DNA of 64,000 nt from positions 373,893 through 437,892 of the forward strand of contig CBDDIB010000001.1 of NCBI GenBank assembly GCA_965228695.1, in the 5' to 3' direction. The translations under genes and the position numbers were made by a program. Below, piece after piece: positions 10,489 through 19,555 of the stretch. The notes beneath the pieces are model-generated. The model was not told the DNA's origin, did no database searches, and was given only the letters and a program-made list of their open reading frames with translations. Source of the DNA: Alphaproteobacteria bacterium. Its GTDB lineage: Bacteria; Pseudomonadota; Alphaproteobacteria; UBA8366. Each line of letters opens with the position of its first letter. Position 1 is the stretch's first letter.

Positions 10489-12048
10489 ATGATTTTCAAC
10501 TCGAACGCTTTTCTTCTCGCCTTCCTCCCGGTGACCCTATTGGGCTTCTATGCGATAGGGCGGCGTAGTCACAACGCGGCCATTGGCTTTTTGGCACTTG
10601 CGTCGTTGTTCTTCTACGCTTGGTGGAACGTTTACTTCCTGCCGCTTCTATTAGGCTCGATCCTCGTAAATTTCGCATTCGGGAGATACCTGGCCAAACA
10701 TCCGACACGCCCGAAAATTTCTCTGGGGGTTGCCGCGAATCTAGCCTTACTCGGCTATTTCAAATACGCGAACTTCTTCATCGATACGACGAATGTTGCG
10801 CTATCGACCGACATAAGCTTGGCACAGATCGCCCTGCCGCTGGCCATCTCTTTCTTCACATTCCAGCAGATTGCTTTCTTGGTGGACGTGTACAAGGGCG
10901 AAGCCGAAGAAACCAATCTGCGCGATTATGTCTTATTCGTGAGTTTCTTTCCGCAACTTGTTGCGGGCCCGATCGTTCACCATAGAGAAATGATGCCGCA
11001 GTTTGCCCAGGCGGCCCTTTCTCGAATAAGCCTTAGATCCCTAGCCGTCGGCCTGACGCTTTTCAGCATCGGACTAATTAAAAAAGTCGGCATTGCCGAT
11101 GAGATTGCAGCTTACTCGGACCCCATTTTCCATCGCGCTGAATCGGGTGAAGCCTTGACGTTATTTACCGCATGGGGTGGCGCTTTAAGTTATCACTTCC
11201 AAATTTATTTCGATTTTTCGGGCTATTCGGACATGGCGCTTGGATTGGCTTGCCTGTTCGGCATTCGTCTCCCAGTAAACTTTTATTCTCCATACAAAGC
11301 CTTCAACATCATCGAATTCTGGCATCGCTGGAATATCACCCTTTCGCGATTTTTGCGCGACTATCTCTATATTCCGCTGGGCGGCAGCCGACATGGCGTT
11401 TCGCGGCGCTACATTAATCTAATGGCGACCATGCTGCTTGGCGGCCTGTGGCACGGAGCGGGCTGGAATTTTGTGGTTTGGGGCGGGCTACACGGGCTCT
11501 ACCTGATTATCAATCACGGCTGGCACGCATTGACGGCGAAGCGTGGTCGTAATCCGAAGGTCCCCTCCGTCGCCGGCCGCATTGCCGGGACACTGATAAC
11601 GACTGTGGCGGTGGTTTTTGCTTGGGTGTTCTTTCGGGCCGATACATTCAATGGCGCCCAAACAATGATCGTGGGAATGGCGGGCTTAAATGGCATCGCC
11701 ATACCCGAGGCGGTACTCAACCAGCTTGGTCCCATCGGCAGCACATTGCTCGATTTCGGAATCAGATCGTCTCCGACCGGCGGGTTACAGTTCGGCTCCA
11801 CCTACCTGTGGGTACTGTTTCTATTCGTGATTGTCTGGGCCTTTCCAAACAGCATCGAATTACTTGCACATCATCGCCCGGCCCTAAACCTGCCAGACTC
11901 CGAGCCGCACCAATCGCAATTAACAGGACGGCGCGGCACATGGTCATGGACGCCAGTCCGCGCCGTTGCTATCGGGCTGTTCGCATTCTTGTCGCTCAAA
12001 ATTATCAATGCCGGGACACCATCGGCCTTCATCTACTTCGTATTCTGA
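10489..12048 (+). CDS. MBOAT family O-acyltransferase (AlgI/DltB-like)
   Basis: MIFNS..F start, LPLAISFFTFQQI, FPQLVAGPI, YFDFSGYSDMA, FW.RWNITLS, GLWHG catalytic His. Confidence 0.92.
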   Translation: MIFNSNAFLLAFLPVTLLGFYAIGRRSHNAAIGFLALASLFFYAWWNVYFLPLLLGSILVNFAFGRYLAKHPTRPKISLGVAANLALLGYFKYANFFIDTTNVALSTDISLAQIALPLAISFFTFQQIAFLVDVYKGEAEETNLRDYVLFVSFFPQLVAGPIVHHREMMPQFAQAALSRISLRSLAVGLTLFSIGLIKKVGIADEIAAYSDPIFHRAESGEALTLFTAWGGALSYHFQIYFDFSGYSDMALGLACLFGIRLPVNFYSPYKAFNIIEFWHRWNITLSRFLRDYLYIPLGGSRHGVSRRYINLMATMLLGGLWHGAGWNFVVWGGLHGLYLIINHGWHALTAKRGRNPKVPSVAGRIAGTLITTVAVVFAWVFFRADTFNGAQTMIVGMAGLNGIAIPEAVLNQLGPIGSTLLDFGIRSSPTGGLQFGSTYLWVLFLFVIVWAFPNSIELLAHHRPALNLPDSEPHQSQLTGRRGTWSWTPVRAVAIGLFAFLSLKIINAGTPSAFIYFVF

Positions 12049-12051
12049 TCA

Positions 12052-13182
12052 ATGACTCCAAAAAAATACATACTCGCAAGCACCATCACATTTTTGATTT
12101 TGATTATGGGCTGGTTCGGCATTGTCCTGACAATATTGGGCGTACCCACCGTTTCCAGTCAGCCACTTTGCGCCTTGCTCTCCGAAAAACAGCGCATCGC
12201 CCAGTCGCTGGTGGCCAATGGCGCGGAGAAACGGCTAATTCTCGTGTCCGGCTCGAGCACGCATTTCGGCCTGTCCGCCTGGACTATCGAAAAGTCGCTC
12301 GATATTCCAACCGTGAATTATGGCAGTCACGCGGCGATGCCGCTTTCGGTGATTTTGAGCGGCGTGAAACAGTTTTTGCGCCCTGGCGATATAGTCCTCC
12401 TGTCACCGGAATACGAGCGCTACAACGCTTCCGGCCTCAATGATGTAGTGATCGACTATTTATTCTCGTGCGGTGTCGAGGCGTTGCGAAGGCTGCCCGC
12501 GAAACAGCAAATCGAGGCGGTATTCGCACTAAGCGCCACACGGGCGGGAGCGGCCGTGGCGACATTGGCCGGCTTGGACAAGATTGCCGAGCGACTTGCG
12601 TATATAAACCTTCCCATCCCGTTGGGCGAACGGTATAGCGACGTCATCCAAGTTGGAACGCGCGGCGATGCACTTATCAATAGGCGCGAGGCGATCACGC
12701 CCTTGCATCGTGGCCGGGTCGCTCAAGCTGCCGCTTCGCCGCTGAACTTCGATGACACCAGCAATGATGTCCGGGCCATATCGTCCTTTGTATCCTGGGC
12801 GGCGGAAAATGACGTAGAGGTGATGGCCACGTGGCCCAATACGGTGAATTTCGCGGAGTACCGGACACCAAAGGCGAAATTGTTCTTTCAGCGAATTCGC
12901 GATTTCTATGAATCTCTCGGGGTTAGGGTGGTGGGAACGCCGGAAGCCGTTCTACTCGAACCCGATGCGTTCTTCGATCACCAGTACCATCTGCATCGCG
13001 ACGCCGTCTTTCGTCGCACGGCCCGTCTCATCCCACTTCTGTGCGATGCCTTAAAGGCGCCGGAGAATATTGAGAACCGCCCGAAGCGACGAACCGATAA
13101 CGCCAAAATCGCCAACCGCATTAGGAAGAAGCTGTCCAGAAACCGCGAAGTTTGTATGGCGTCGCCTAAGAAATCGCCTTGA
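12052..13182 (+). CDS. putative SGNH-like periplasmic partner of the MBOAT
   Basis: N-terminal TM, GSST motif, D..YHL near the C-terminus; 3-bp gap after MBOAT. Confidence 0.6.
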   Translation: MTPKKYILASTITFLILIMGWFGIVLTILGVPTVSSQPLCALLSEKQRIAQSLVANGAEKRLILVSGSSTHFGLSAWTIEKSLDIPTVNYGSHAAMPLSVILSGVKQFLRPGDIVLLSPEYERYNASGLNDVVIDYLFSCGVEALRRLPAKQQIEAVFALSATRAGAAVATLAGLDKIAERLAYINLPIPLGERYSDVIQVGTRGDALINRREAITPLHRGRVAQAAASPLNFDDTSNDVRAISSFVSWAAENDVEVMATWPNTVNFAEYRTPKAKLFFQRIRDFYESLGVRVVGTPEAVLLEPDAFFDHQYHLHRDAVFRRTARLIPLLCDALKAPENIENRPKRRTDNAKIANRIRKKLSRNREVCMASPKKSP

Positions 13183-13229
13183 TTGGCACGCTCGCTGGAC
13201 CGTCAAATCCACTACGCGATCATGAATGT

Positions 13230-14567
13230 CTAATCATCGGATTCATGCGAATTTTCATCGCCGTCGTCCCCGTCCTGACCTATCCAGCGCGAGAGGTAGT
13301 ATCGCTCATAGGCGAAGACCGCGATTATCGCAACGATGGCGGCGGCGACGATAAACGGGTCGGACTGTAGCTTCATCGTCGCGAACACACCGAGGACGAC
13401 CGTGTCGAGCGCAATGGCGACGATCAGCACCGCGCCGTTCGCACCGATTTGCTCACGCAGACCGCGATAGACGCCGACGTGAACAAGGATATCCATGACC
13501 AAATAGAAGAATACGCCCAGCGAAGCGATGCGGCTAAGGTCGAAAAACACGGCAAGAACCGCCGCCGCTACGACCGTATAAACCAATGTGTGCTCTTGGA
13601 TCTTGCCGGACATGCCAAAATGGCTATGCGGAATCATCTCCATATCCGTAAGCATCGCCAGCATGCGCGACACCGCAAAGACGCTCGCCAACAGACCGGA
13701 CGCCGTTGCCAAAGCGGCAAGCCCAACGGTGAAGTAAAAGCCGTATTTCCCGAGTGTCGGCTCGGCTGCCTCAGCCAAGGAATAATCCTTGGCCGCGACA
13801 ATTTCATCGATCGAGAGGCTGGACCCTACCGCGAACGCAACGATCAAATAGACGACCACGCAAATTGCAATCGACGCCGAAATAGCGCGTCCGACGTTTC
13901 GATGCGGCGACACGATCTCGGCGCCGCTGTTCGTGATGGTCGTGAAGCCCTTGAATGCAAGGATCGAGAGCGCGACCGACGCCATGAACCCAGCAATCGG
14001 AAAAGTCTCCAACTCCTTGGGCGCAGCTTCGAAGGTCAAACCCGACGCCCAGAGCGCCGCGATCCCGAACAAGACGATGCCGCCGATCTTGAGCAGCGCC
14101 ATGACGAACGAAAACACGCCGACCGACCGGTTGCCGGAGATATTGACGACATAGGCAAATACAATCAGCCCGACAGCGAGCAGCGGCACCAGATATTCAT
14201 CGGCGTCCAGGTCGAACGGCCTGAGTACATAGGTGCCGAATGTTCGCGCCACGAGACTCTCGTTGATTACCATCGAAAGCGCCATCAGGAGCGAGGCTGC
14301 GGCAGCGATCGCTCCCGGCCCATACGACTTCTGCAGAATCATCGCGATCCCGCCCGCGGACGGAAACGCGTTCGACATCTTAACGTAGGTATATGCACTG
14401 AAGCCGGTAACCACCGCGCCCGCGACAAAAGAAAGGGGGAACCAACGGCCCGCGAGTTCTGCGATCTGCCCGGTCAGCGCGAAAATGCCCGCGCCGATCA
14501 TTACGCCGGTCCCCATCGAAATGGCACCGGTCAAGGTGATGCTGTTTTCTTGGTAATCTGATTTCAT
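13230..14567 (-). CDS. APC family amino acid permease
   Basis: GTGVMIGAGIF motif, about 12 hydrophobic segments. Confidence 0.88.
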   Translation of the reverse strand: MKSDYQENSITLTGAISMGTGVMIGAGIFALTGQIAELAGRWFPLSFVAGAVVTGFSAYTYVKMSNAFPSAGGIAMILQKSYGPGAIAAAASLLMALSMVINESLVARTFGTYVLRPFDLDADEYLVPLLAVGLIVFAYVVNISGNRSVGVFSFVMALLKIGGIVLFGIAALWASGLTFEAAPKELETFPIAGFMASVALSILAFKGFTTITNSGAEIVSPHRNVGRAISASIAICVVVYLIVAFAVGSSLSIDEIVAAKDYSLAEAAEPTLGKYGFYFTVGLAALATASGLLASVFAVSRMLAMLTDMEMIPHSHFGMSGKIQEHTLVYTVVAAAVLAVFFDLSRIASLGVFFYLVMDILVHVGVYRGLREQIGANGAVLIVAIALDTVVLGVFATMKLQSDPFIVAAAIVAIIAVFAYERYYLSRWIGQDGDDGDENSHESDD

Positions 14568-14686
14568 AAGACGCTCTGGATTTTTTTGATTTGGCTGGTG
14601 ATGTCTCACCCGCATCGTCGGCCACGGCATTGCGCCCGGCCGACATGTCGGCATTGGTCGGGCACAAACTAAATTTTTCGGAAACT

Positions 14687-15220
14687 TCAGCCGATCCTTA
14701 TACGGCTTTCGTCGAGAAACTCGTATGGCGGCACGACGAGATTTTTCGGCGCCGGACCGCGTCGAATTCGACCGGAGACGTCATAGAACGATCCATGACA
14801 GGGACAGAACCAGCCGCCCCACTCGCCCCTGCGATCGCCCGGTTTCTGACCCAGCGGGACGCAGCCGAGATGCGTGCAAACGCCCACAACGACCAACCAC
14901 TCCGCGCGGTGCGTCCGCGCACGATCCGTTTCGGGATCTCTTAAATCCGCATCGTCATCCGCCCGCGCTCTGGCAATTTGTTTCGGCGTCCGGCGGTCGA
15001 TGAATATCGGGCTTCCCCGCCATTTCACGGTCACGCGTTGGCCCAGGGCGATACCGTCGAGATCGACCTCGACGGTCGAAAGGGCGCGCACATCCGCCGC
15101 CGGGTTCATGCTGTCGATCAACGGCCATACGAATGCTGCGGCGCCCACGCCGCCGACCGCCGTCGTGGCCAAGTACAAGAATTCGCGGCGCGTCTCCTTG
15201 CCGTTTGAATCGGGTCCCAT
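14687..15220 (-). CDS. petA: Rieske iron-sulfur protein (PetA-like), no petBC adjacent
   Basis: TRREFL Tat motif, CTHLGCVP and CPCHGS boxes, GPAP.NL. Confidence 0.9.
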   Translation of the reverse strand: MGPDSNGKETRREFLYLATTAVGGVGAAAFVWPLIDSMNPAADVRALSTVEVDLDGIALGQRVTVKWRGSPIFIDRRTPKQIARARADDDADLRDPETDRARTHRAEWLVVVGVCTHLGCVPLGQKPGDRRGEWGGWFCPCHGSFYDVSGRIRRGPAPKNLVVPPYEFLDESRIRIG

Positions 15221-15867
15221 CAGGCAGATCCTTCCGAAAGCCCCCAGTGACGGGGAAAGAATCGCGGCACTCGCGACGCATAGCGTCGATACGCATCACC
15301 GAGGTCAGCTTCGACATCGCGCTCCTCGCGCAATGCCAAGCGCCAGTACATGGCGACCAGTATTGGGAACATGGCAAGCGTTAGAATCGTCGGCCATTGC
15401 AGCAAAAAGCCCACCATGATCAACACAAAGGCGACATATTGCGGATGGCGAATCCGGGCATAAGGCCCCGTCATCGCCAATTGGCCGGCTTGCTGGGCCC
15501 GGAAGAGCACGCGCCACGCTGCGGATAGCAGAATGAAACCTCCGCCGATGAAAACGAAACTCAGAAGGTGAAATGGTCCGAAATGCGGATTAGCCTTCCA
15601 CCCGAACAACATTTCGGGCAAATGGCCAGCATCATGCGTAAGCCAATCGATGCTCGGATAATTGCTCTGGAGCCATCCCGAAAGAAAATAGATCGTAAGC
15701 GGAAATCCATACATCTCGGTAAATAACGCAACCAGGAAAGCGCTGAACGCTCCGAAGGAACGCCAATCGCGGCTGGTCCTCGGCTTGAAGAAACTGAAGG
15801 CGAACAGAATAAAGACGGCGGAGTTGACAATGACAAGCGACCATAAGCCGTAAGATCCAGTCTCCAT
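15220..15867 (-). CDS. isoprenylcysteine carboxyl methyltransferase (Ste14/ICMT) family membrane protein
   Basis: GPYARIRHPQY, EE and Y..Y...VPRF motifs. Confidence 0.88.
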   Translation of the reverse strand: METGSYGLWSLVIVNSAVFILFAFSFFKPRTSRDWRSFGAFSAFLVALFTEMYGFPLTIYFLSGWLQSNYPSIDWLTHDAGHLPEMLFGWKANPHFGPFHLLSFVFIGGGFILLSAAWRVLFRAQQAGQLAMTGPYARIRHPQYVAFVLIMVGFLLQWPTILTLAMFPILVAMYWRLALREERDVEADLGDAYRRYASRVPRFFPRHWGLSEGSA

Positions 15868-15869
15868 CG

Positions 15870-16112
15870 CTAGTCCCTACCGTCTCTCGGCGAGTCTTCG
15901 GTGCTATCCCCTCGGCCATGGCCGCCGTGCATGAACAGGTGCATGCCTGCGCACGCGCCCACGAGAAGGATCAACGGCAAATAACCGAGGATGTGAGCCT
16001 CGTGTTCTTCCCACAGGAAATATCCACCTATCAGCAGAAAGACCAAAAGGCCCAAGCCGTATCTGAACCGCAAGGATGCAAAAAATCCGGAATTAGCAGT
16101 TTTGTTCATCAT
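15870..16112 (-). CDS. DUF2933 family small membrane protein
   Basis: EH.AH...LP...C..MHLFMHGGHG signature. Confidence 0.85.
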   Translation of the reverse strand: MMNKTANSGFFASLRFRYGLGLLVFLLIGGYFLWEEHEAHILGYLPLILLVGACAGMHLFMHGGHGRGDSTEDSPRDGRD

Positions 16113-16134
16113 CGACCTCCCGCTGCGTTGGAAT

Positions 16135-17232
16135 TCACGTGCCCGCCCCTTGGACCATTTGATGACCCTTGCCCTGAATATCGATTACCGTGAGCACGGT
16201 CAGACTGTCTTGATCGACAACCCAAATTTTGCCGCGAGCCGCACTGGAAACGTAAAGTTTGCCCATGCCGCTTACCGATAGAAGATGATAGGGTTCGGGG
16301 GAAAGCCGCACGTTGCGGGATTGGCCCGTTGCAAGATTTACGGCAACAAGTTTGCCGTCCTCCAGCGCGGCGACAAAAAGTGTTTTTCCATCATCCGAGA
16401 GATCGATCCCATGCGGTGTAGACCCGACGGGAATTGTGTTCACGACACTCGCTGACCCTGTCGATATGACGGAAACGGTGCCGTCATCGACGTTGTTTAC
16501 GTAGAGCGATGAGCCGTCCTTCGACATGACGACATGCTCCGGACTGTTGCCCACAACGATATTCTGCATCGTCGACCAACGCTTCACGTCGACGACGCTC
16601 ACTGTCTCGTTGCCGGCGTTGCTCACGTAAACTCGATTATTGTCTGGGCTGAAAACCGCATAGTTGGGCGTCGGTCCGGTCGCAACTTCCGCCACTACTC
16701 GATACGAGGACAAGTCGATCGCGCTGATTCCGCCCTCGTCCGGGTGGGTTACCACCGCAAATCGCCCATCGGGACTTACGGCCACATGGTGGACGACACC
16801 GAACACGTCGATCCGCCGAACGGGCGCCCCGTCAGACGTACGGAGAACGGTAACCGTACTCATCGCAGCCGACGGTTGCTTGCGCTCGGGCGGCGGCAGC
16901 GCGTGATGGCTGGCATGCTCATCTTCGGCAACCCCTGCAGGCTTGGCGGGCGAACCGGACTCAGTTTCGCGCTCTGCATAGCTGCCGGCGATCAGGAATC
17001 GGCCATCGGGCGTGCCGGCCAATCCGTGAACGGCGGGAATGTCCTTGATCTTTCCACTTACCGCATCTCGCGTGCTGTCGATGACGACGACCTCACCGGC
17101 ACTACCCAACGGGACATAAATCTCCCCGGCGATGGATGCCGATGAAATAGAAGCGACCGTGACCATCCCCGCAGCAGCGGCCAGGCCGACAATTCTACCC
17201 AGCGAAAACACGTATCTGATGATCAAGTTCAC
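16135..17232 (-). CDS. YncE/YVTN-family beta-propeller with His-rich loop
   Basis: GTG 17232 with AGGAG RBS; blades homologous to 3320-4366; EDEHASHH insert. Confidence 0.82.
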   Translation of the reverse strand: MNLIIRYVFSLGRIVGLAAAAGMVTVASISSASIAGEIYVPLGSAGEVVVIDSTRDAVSGKIKDIPAVHGLAGTPDGRFLIAGSYAERETESGSPAKPAGVAEDEHASHHALPPPERKQPSAAMSTVTVLRTSDGAPVRRIDVFGVVHHVAVSPDGRFAVVTHPDEGGISAIDLSSYRVVAEVATGPTPNYAVFSPDNNRVYVSNAGNETVSVVDVKRWSTMQNIVVGNSPEHVVMSKDGSSLYVNNVDDGTVSVISTGSASVVNTIPVGSTPHGIDLSDDGKTLFVAALEDGKLVAVNLATGQSRNVRLSPEPYHLLSVSGMGKLYVSSAARGKIWVVDQDSLTVLTVIDIQGKGHQMVQGAGT

Positions 17233-17347
17233 GATAATCTCCTTGCTCGGCTCGAACCTTGAAGTCACATCGACGCCATGCCAATGCCAATCGTGGCCGT
17301 TTCGGCTTGCAAATCCTCGGCTCGCAGCTGCCTCGGAATTTCCGATG

Positions 17348-17686
17348 TCATTCTGAAATCAACCGCTTGCGTTCCTCGAATTCCTCTTTCTCAATTTCGC
17401 CTCGCGCGAATCGCTCCTCCAGTATCTCCATTCCCTTATTCTTGGCGGCAGGGTCGCCGTTCGAAGATTTGCCGCCGATCGCCCACCTCACGATGAAAAC
17501 GATCACGGCAATCAGCCCACCCCAAATTAGAACCATCATGAGCCCGCCAAACACCATGTGTCCCCACCCCCAACCATCATGCCAATAAGCTGACTGGGCG
17601 GCGGCGCTTCCGAACGAGGCGGGTAGGCCGACCAACGCAAAGCCGAACGCCAACGCGAGCCGTCTTGATCTTCTGACCATATTCAT
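17348..17686 (-). CDS. SHOCT domain membrane protein
   Basis: C-terminal EILEERFARGEIEKEEFEERK; WGHM motif, TM segment. Confidence 0.85.
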   Translation of the reverse strand: MNMVRRSRRLALAFGFALVGLPASFGSAAAQSAYWHDGWGWGHMVFGGLMMVLIWGGLIAVIVFIVRWAIGGKSSNGDPAAKNKGMEILEERFARGEIEKEEFEERKRLISE

Positions 17687-17695
17687 CTCCCGGGT

Positions 17696-17887
17696 TTAGT
17701 CCGCTGTCTGAAACCGTTTAGCCGCCAAACGGTCCGGCGCTTCCTTTGCAAACCGGCCAGGCGAGACGGCGAACTCGGTTCGGCAGGTTTCGGAGCAGAA
17801 GAAATAGGTCCAGCCATCGTGATCAACCGCCGCCCCAACTTCGTCGATATCCAAATTCCGCCCGCAAACCGGATCCTTGATATTCAT
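17696..17887 (-). CDS. YHS domain protein
   Basis: KDPVCG..YFFCSETC..F...P. Confidence 0.85.
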   Translation of the reverse strand: MNIKDPVCGRNLDIDEVGAAVDHDGWTYFFCSETCRTEFAVSPGRFAKEAPDRLAAKRFQTAD

Positions 17888-18279
17888 CGGTCCCAACCTC
17901 TCATATCCGGCTCAGGAACTGTCGATCCGTTGGTGTCGCCGCGATTGGCGCGGCGATTGTTGTGCTTCCGGTCAAACGGCAGTGTTCAAACGCTCCGAAT
18001 TTGCGCCCTTCTCGCCCGTCCATTTCCCGATCCACCAAAGTAAAATTCGCCGTCGTTGTTTTCGAACAATCTGCTCTCGCGGAGCCCTTTTTCAAAACGA
18101 CTGGAGCGTCGATCGCCTCGATACGGCCAAGGTTTCCAAGGCCGTTCGAGAACATCTTTGCAACTGTGGTCCCGTGAAGGCTTTGATTTTTTGTCATCTA
18201 TGAGTCCTGCCCATCGAACTCGGCCCGGACCATTGAGTGATTTGCGACAAGGCCCGTGGAAAATCAGTCTCGACCGCCC

Positions 18280-18603
18280 TCACGCGAACCTGGGCGCGAA
18301 GTAGTTGTATATCGGCGCGAAAACGAGTGAAACGTACCAGCCGTAGGCGAAACTCTCGGCCAGACCCAAAAGGAAGCTACTCCAACTAATCCAAGAGAAG
18401 CCTGGTAAAAGGGGCGCCCAAACCCGATTCATCGCCATATCGGGAAACCAAAGATCGAACAGAACGCAAAAGATGAATGTCAGCGCGAGGAATAACCCCA
18501 AGCTCATTCCTAGAGCAGCTACCGGAATTCGGAGATTCCGGCTGGATGGCTGCGCACCGCCAGATTGCTCATAGGAGTTTGCTCGAGACATTACGTCAGG
18601 CAT
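18280..18603 (-). CDS. DUF5676-like membrane protein
   Basis: LLPGFSWISW..FLLGL.ESF.YGWY..YN motif seen in Cu clusters. Confidence 0.65.
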   Translation of the reverse strand: MPDVMSRANSYEQSGGAQPSSRNLRIPVAALGMSLGLFLALTFIFCVLFDLWFPDMAMNRVWAPLLPGFSWISWSSFLLGLAESFAYGWYVSLVFAPIYNYFAPRFA

Positions 18604-18673
18604 AAAACGCTTCCAATCATTATTGCCACCGCTTCGACGCCAAGCCAGGTGACGTTGTACGGCATTGGGAATT

Positions 18674-18764
18674 TGACAGCGTTTTGTAACCACACGATCA
18701 CAGCCGGCGGGGCGCTCTGTAACACTTCGTCACAAATGTCCTTGTCGTGACAAACTGTTACAAA
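18674..18764. promoter_or_regulatory. putative OmpR/CopR-family binding repeats in divergent promoter region
   Basis: GTAACA-N4-GTCACA and GTGACAAA-N2-GTTACAAA 10-bp-period repeats plus TGACAG..TGTAAC between divergent operons. Confidence 0.5.
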
Positions 18765-18805
18765 ATTTTCACCCCTTTCGTCGCGCCAAGAGATATCGTG
18801 TCGGA

Positions 18806-19555
18806 ATGAATGCGGCCAACATTCAACCTGCTGGACACCTGTTGATCGTCGACGACGATCACGAAATTCGCGACCTGCTGGCTCGGTTCCTTACCAAACA
18901 TGGCTATCGGGTTACCGCCGTCGCAGACGGCAATGAAATGCAACGCTCCCTTGCCGATTGGAATTTCGATTTGGTGATTCTCGATCTCATGCTGCCGGGA
19001 AAGGACGGTCTGACCCTGTGTCGGGAACTCCGAGCGGAATCGCACACGCCTGTCATCATGCTGACGATGGTGGGGGAGGAAACCGACCGAATTGTCGGAT
19101 TGGAGATGGGCGCCGACGACTATCTCGCAAAGCCATTCAATCCGCGCGAACTCCTCGCCCGCATTAAAGCCGTTTTACGGCGCGCCAAGCATTCGCCAAC
19201 CGACCGGACAACCGGGCATCAAATGTATCTCAATTTCGCCGGTTGGAAGATCGATCTCACGCTTCGTCGGGTCGTTTCGCCTCATGGTCACGTCGTCGAC
19301 CTCAGCGCGGGCGAATTCGATCTCCTCGTTGTTTTCGCACAACACCCAAAACGGGTTTTGACTCGCGATCAACTCCTGGACTTCACCCACGGACGCTCGG
19401 AAGCGCCTTTCGATCGCAGCGTGGACATGCAGGTCAGCCGCCTGCGGCACAAAATAGAGGCTAATCCGAAAGAGCCCGAACTGATCAAAACCGTTCGGGG
19501 CGGCGGCTATATGTTTGCGGCGATCGTGGACGAAGATGGCTCGACTGATACCTGA
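18806..19555 (+). CDS. OmpR-family response regulator
   Basis: VDDD, LDLMLPG, GADDY.AKPF, winged-helix DRSVD..RLR.K..TVRGGGY. Confidence 0.95.
   Translation: MNAANIQPAGHLLIVDDDHEIRDLLARFLTKHGYRVTAVADGNEMQRSLADWNFDLVILDLMLPGKDGLTLCRELRAESHTPVIMLTMVGEETDRIVGLEMGADDYLAKPFNPRELLARIKAVLRRAKHSPTDRTTGHQMYLNFAGWKIDLTLRRVVSPHGHVVDLSAGEFDLLVVFAQHPKRVLTRDQLLDFTHGRSEAPFDRSVDMQVSRLRHKIEANPKEPELIKTVRGGGYMFAAIVDEDGSTDT

Noticed and set aside
13449-14561. 370-aa plus-strand ORF
   Set aside because: Antisense to the APC permease; Arg/His-rich shadow composition
17901-18197. 98-aa ORF between the YHS and DUF5676-like genes
   Set aside because: No motif or RBS support; may be a degenerate gene but cannot be called
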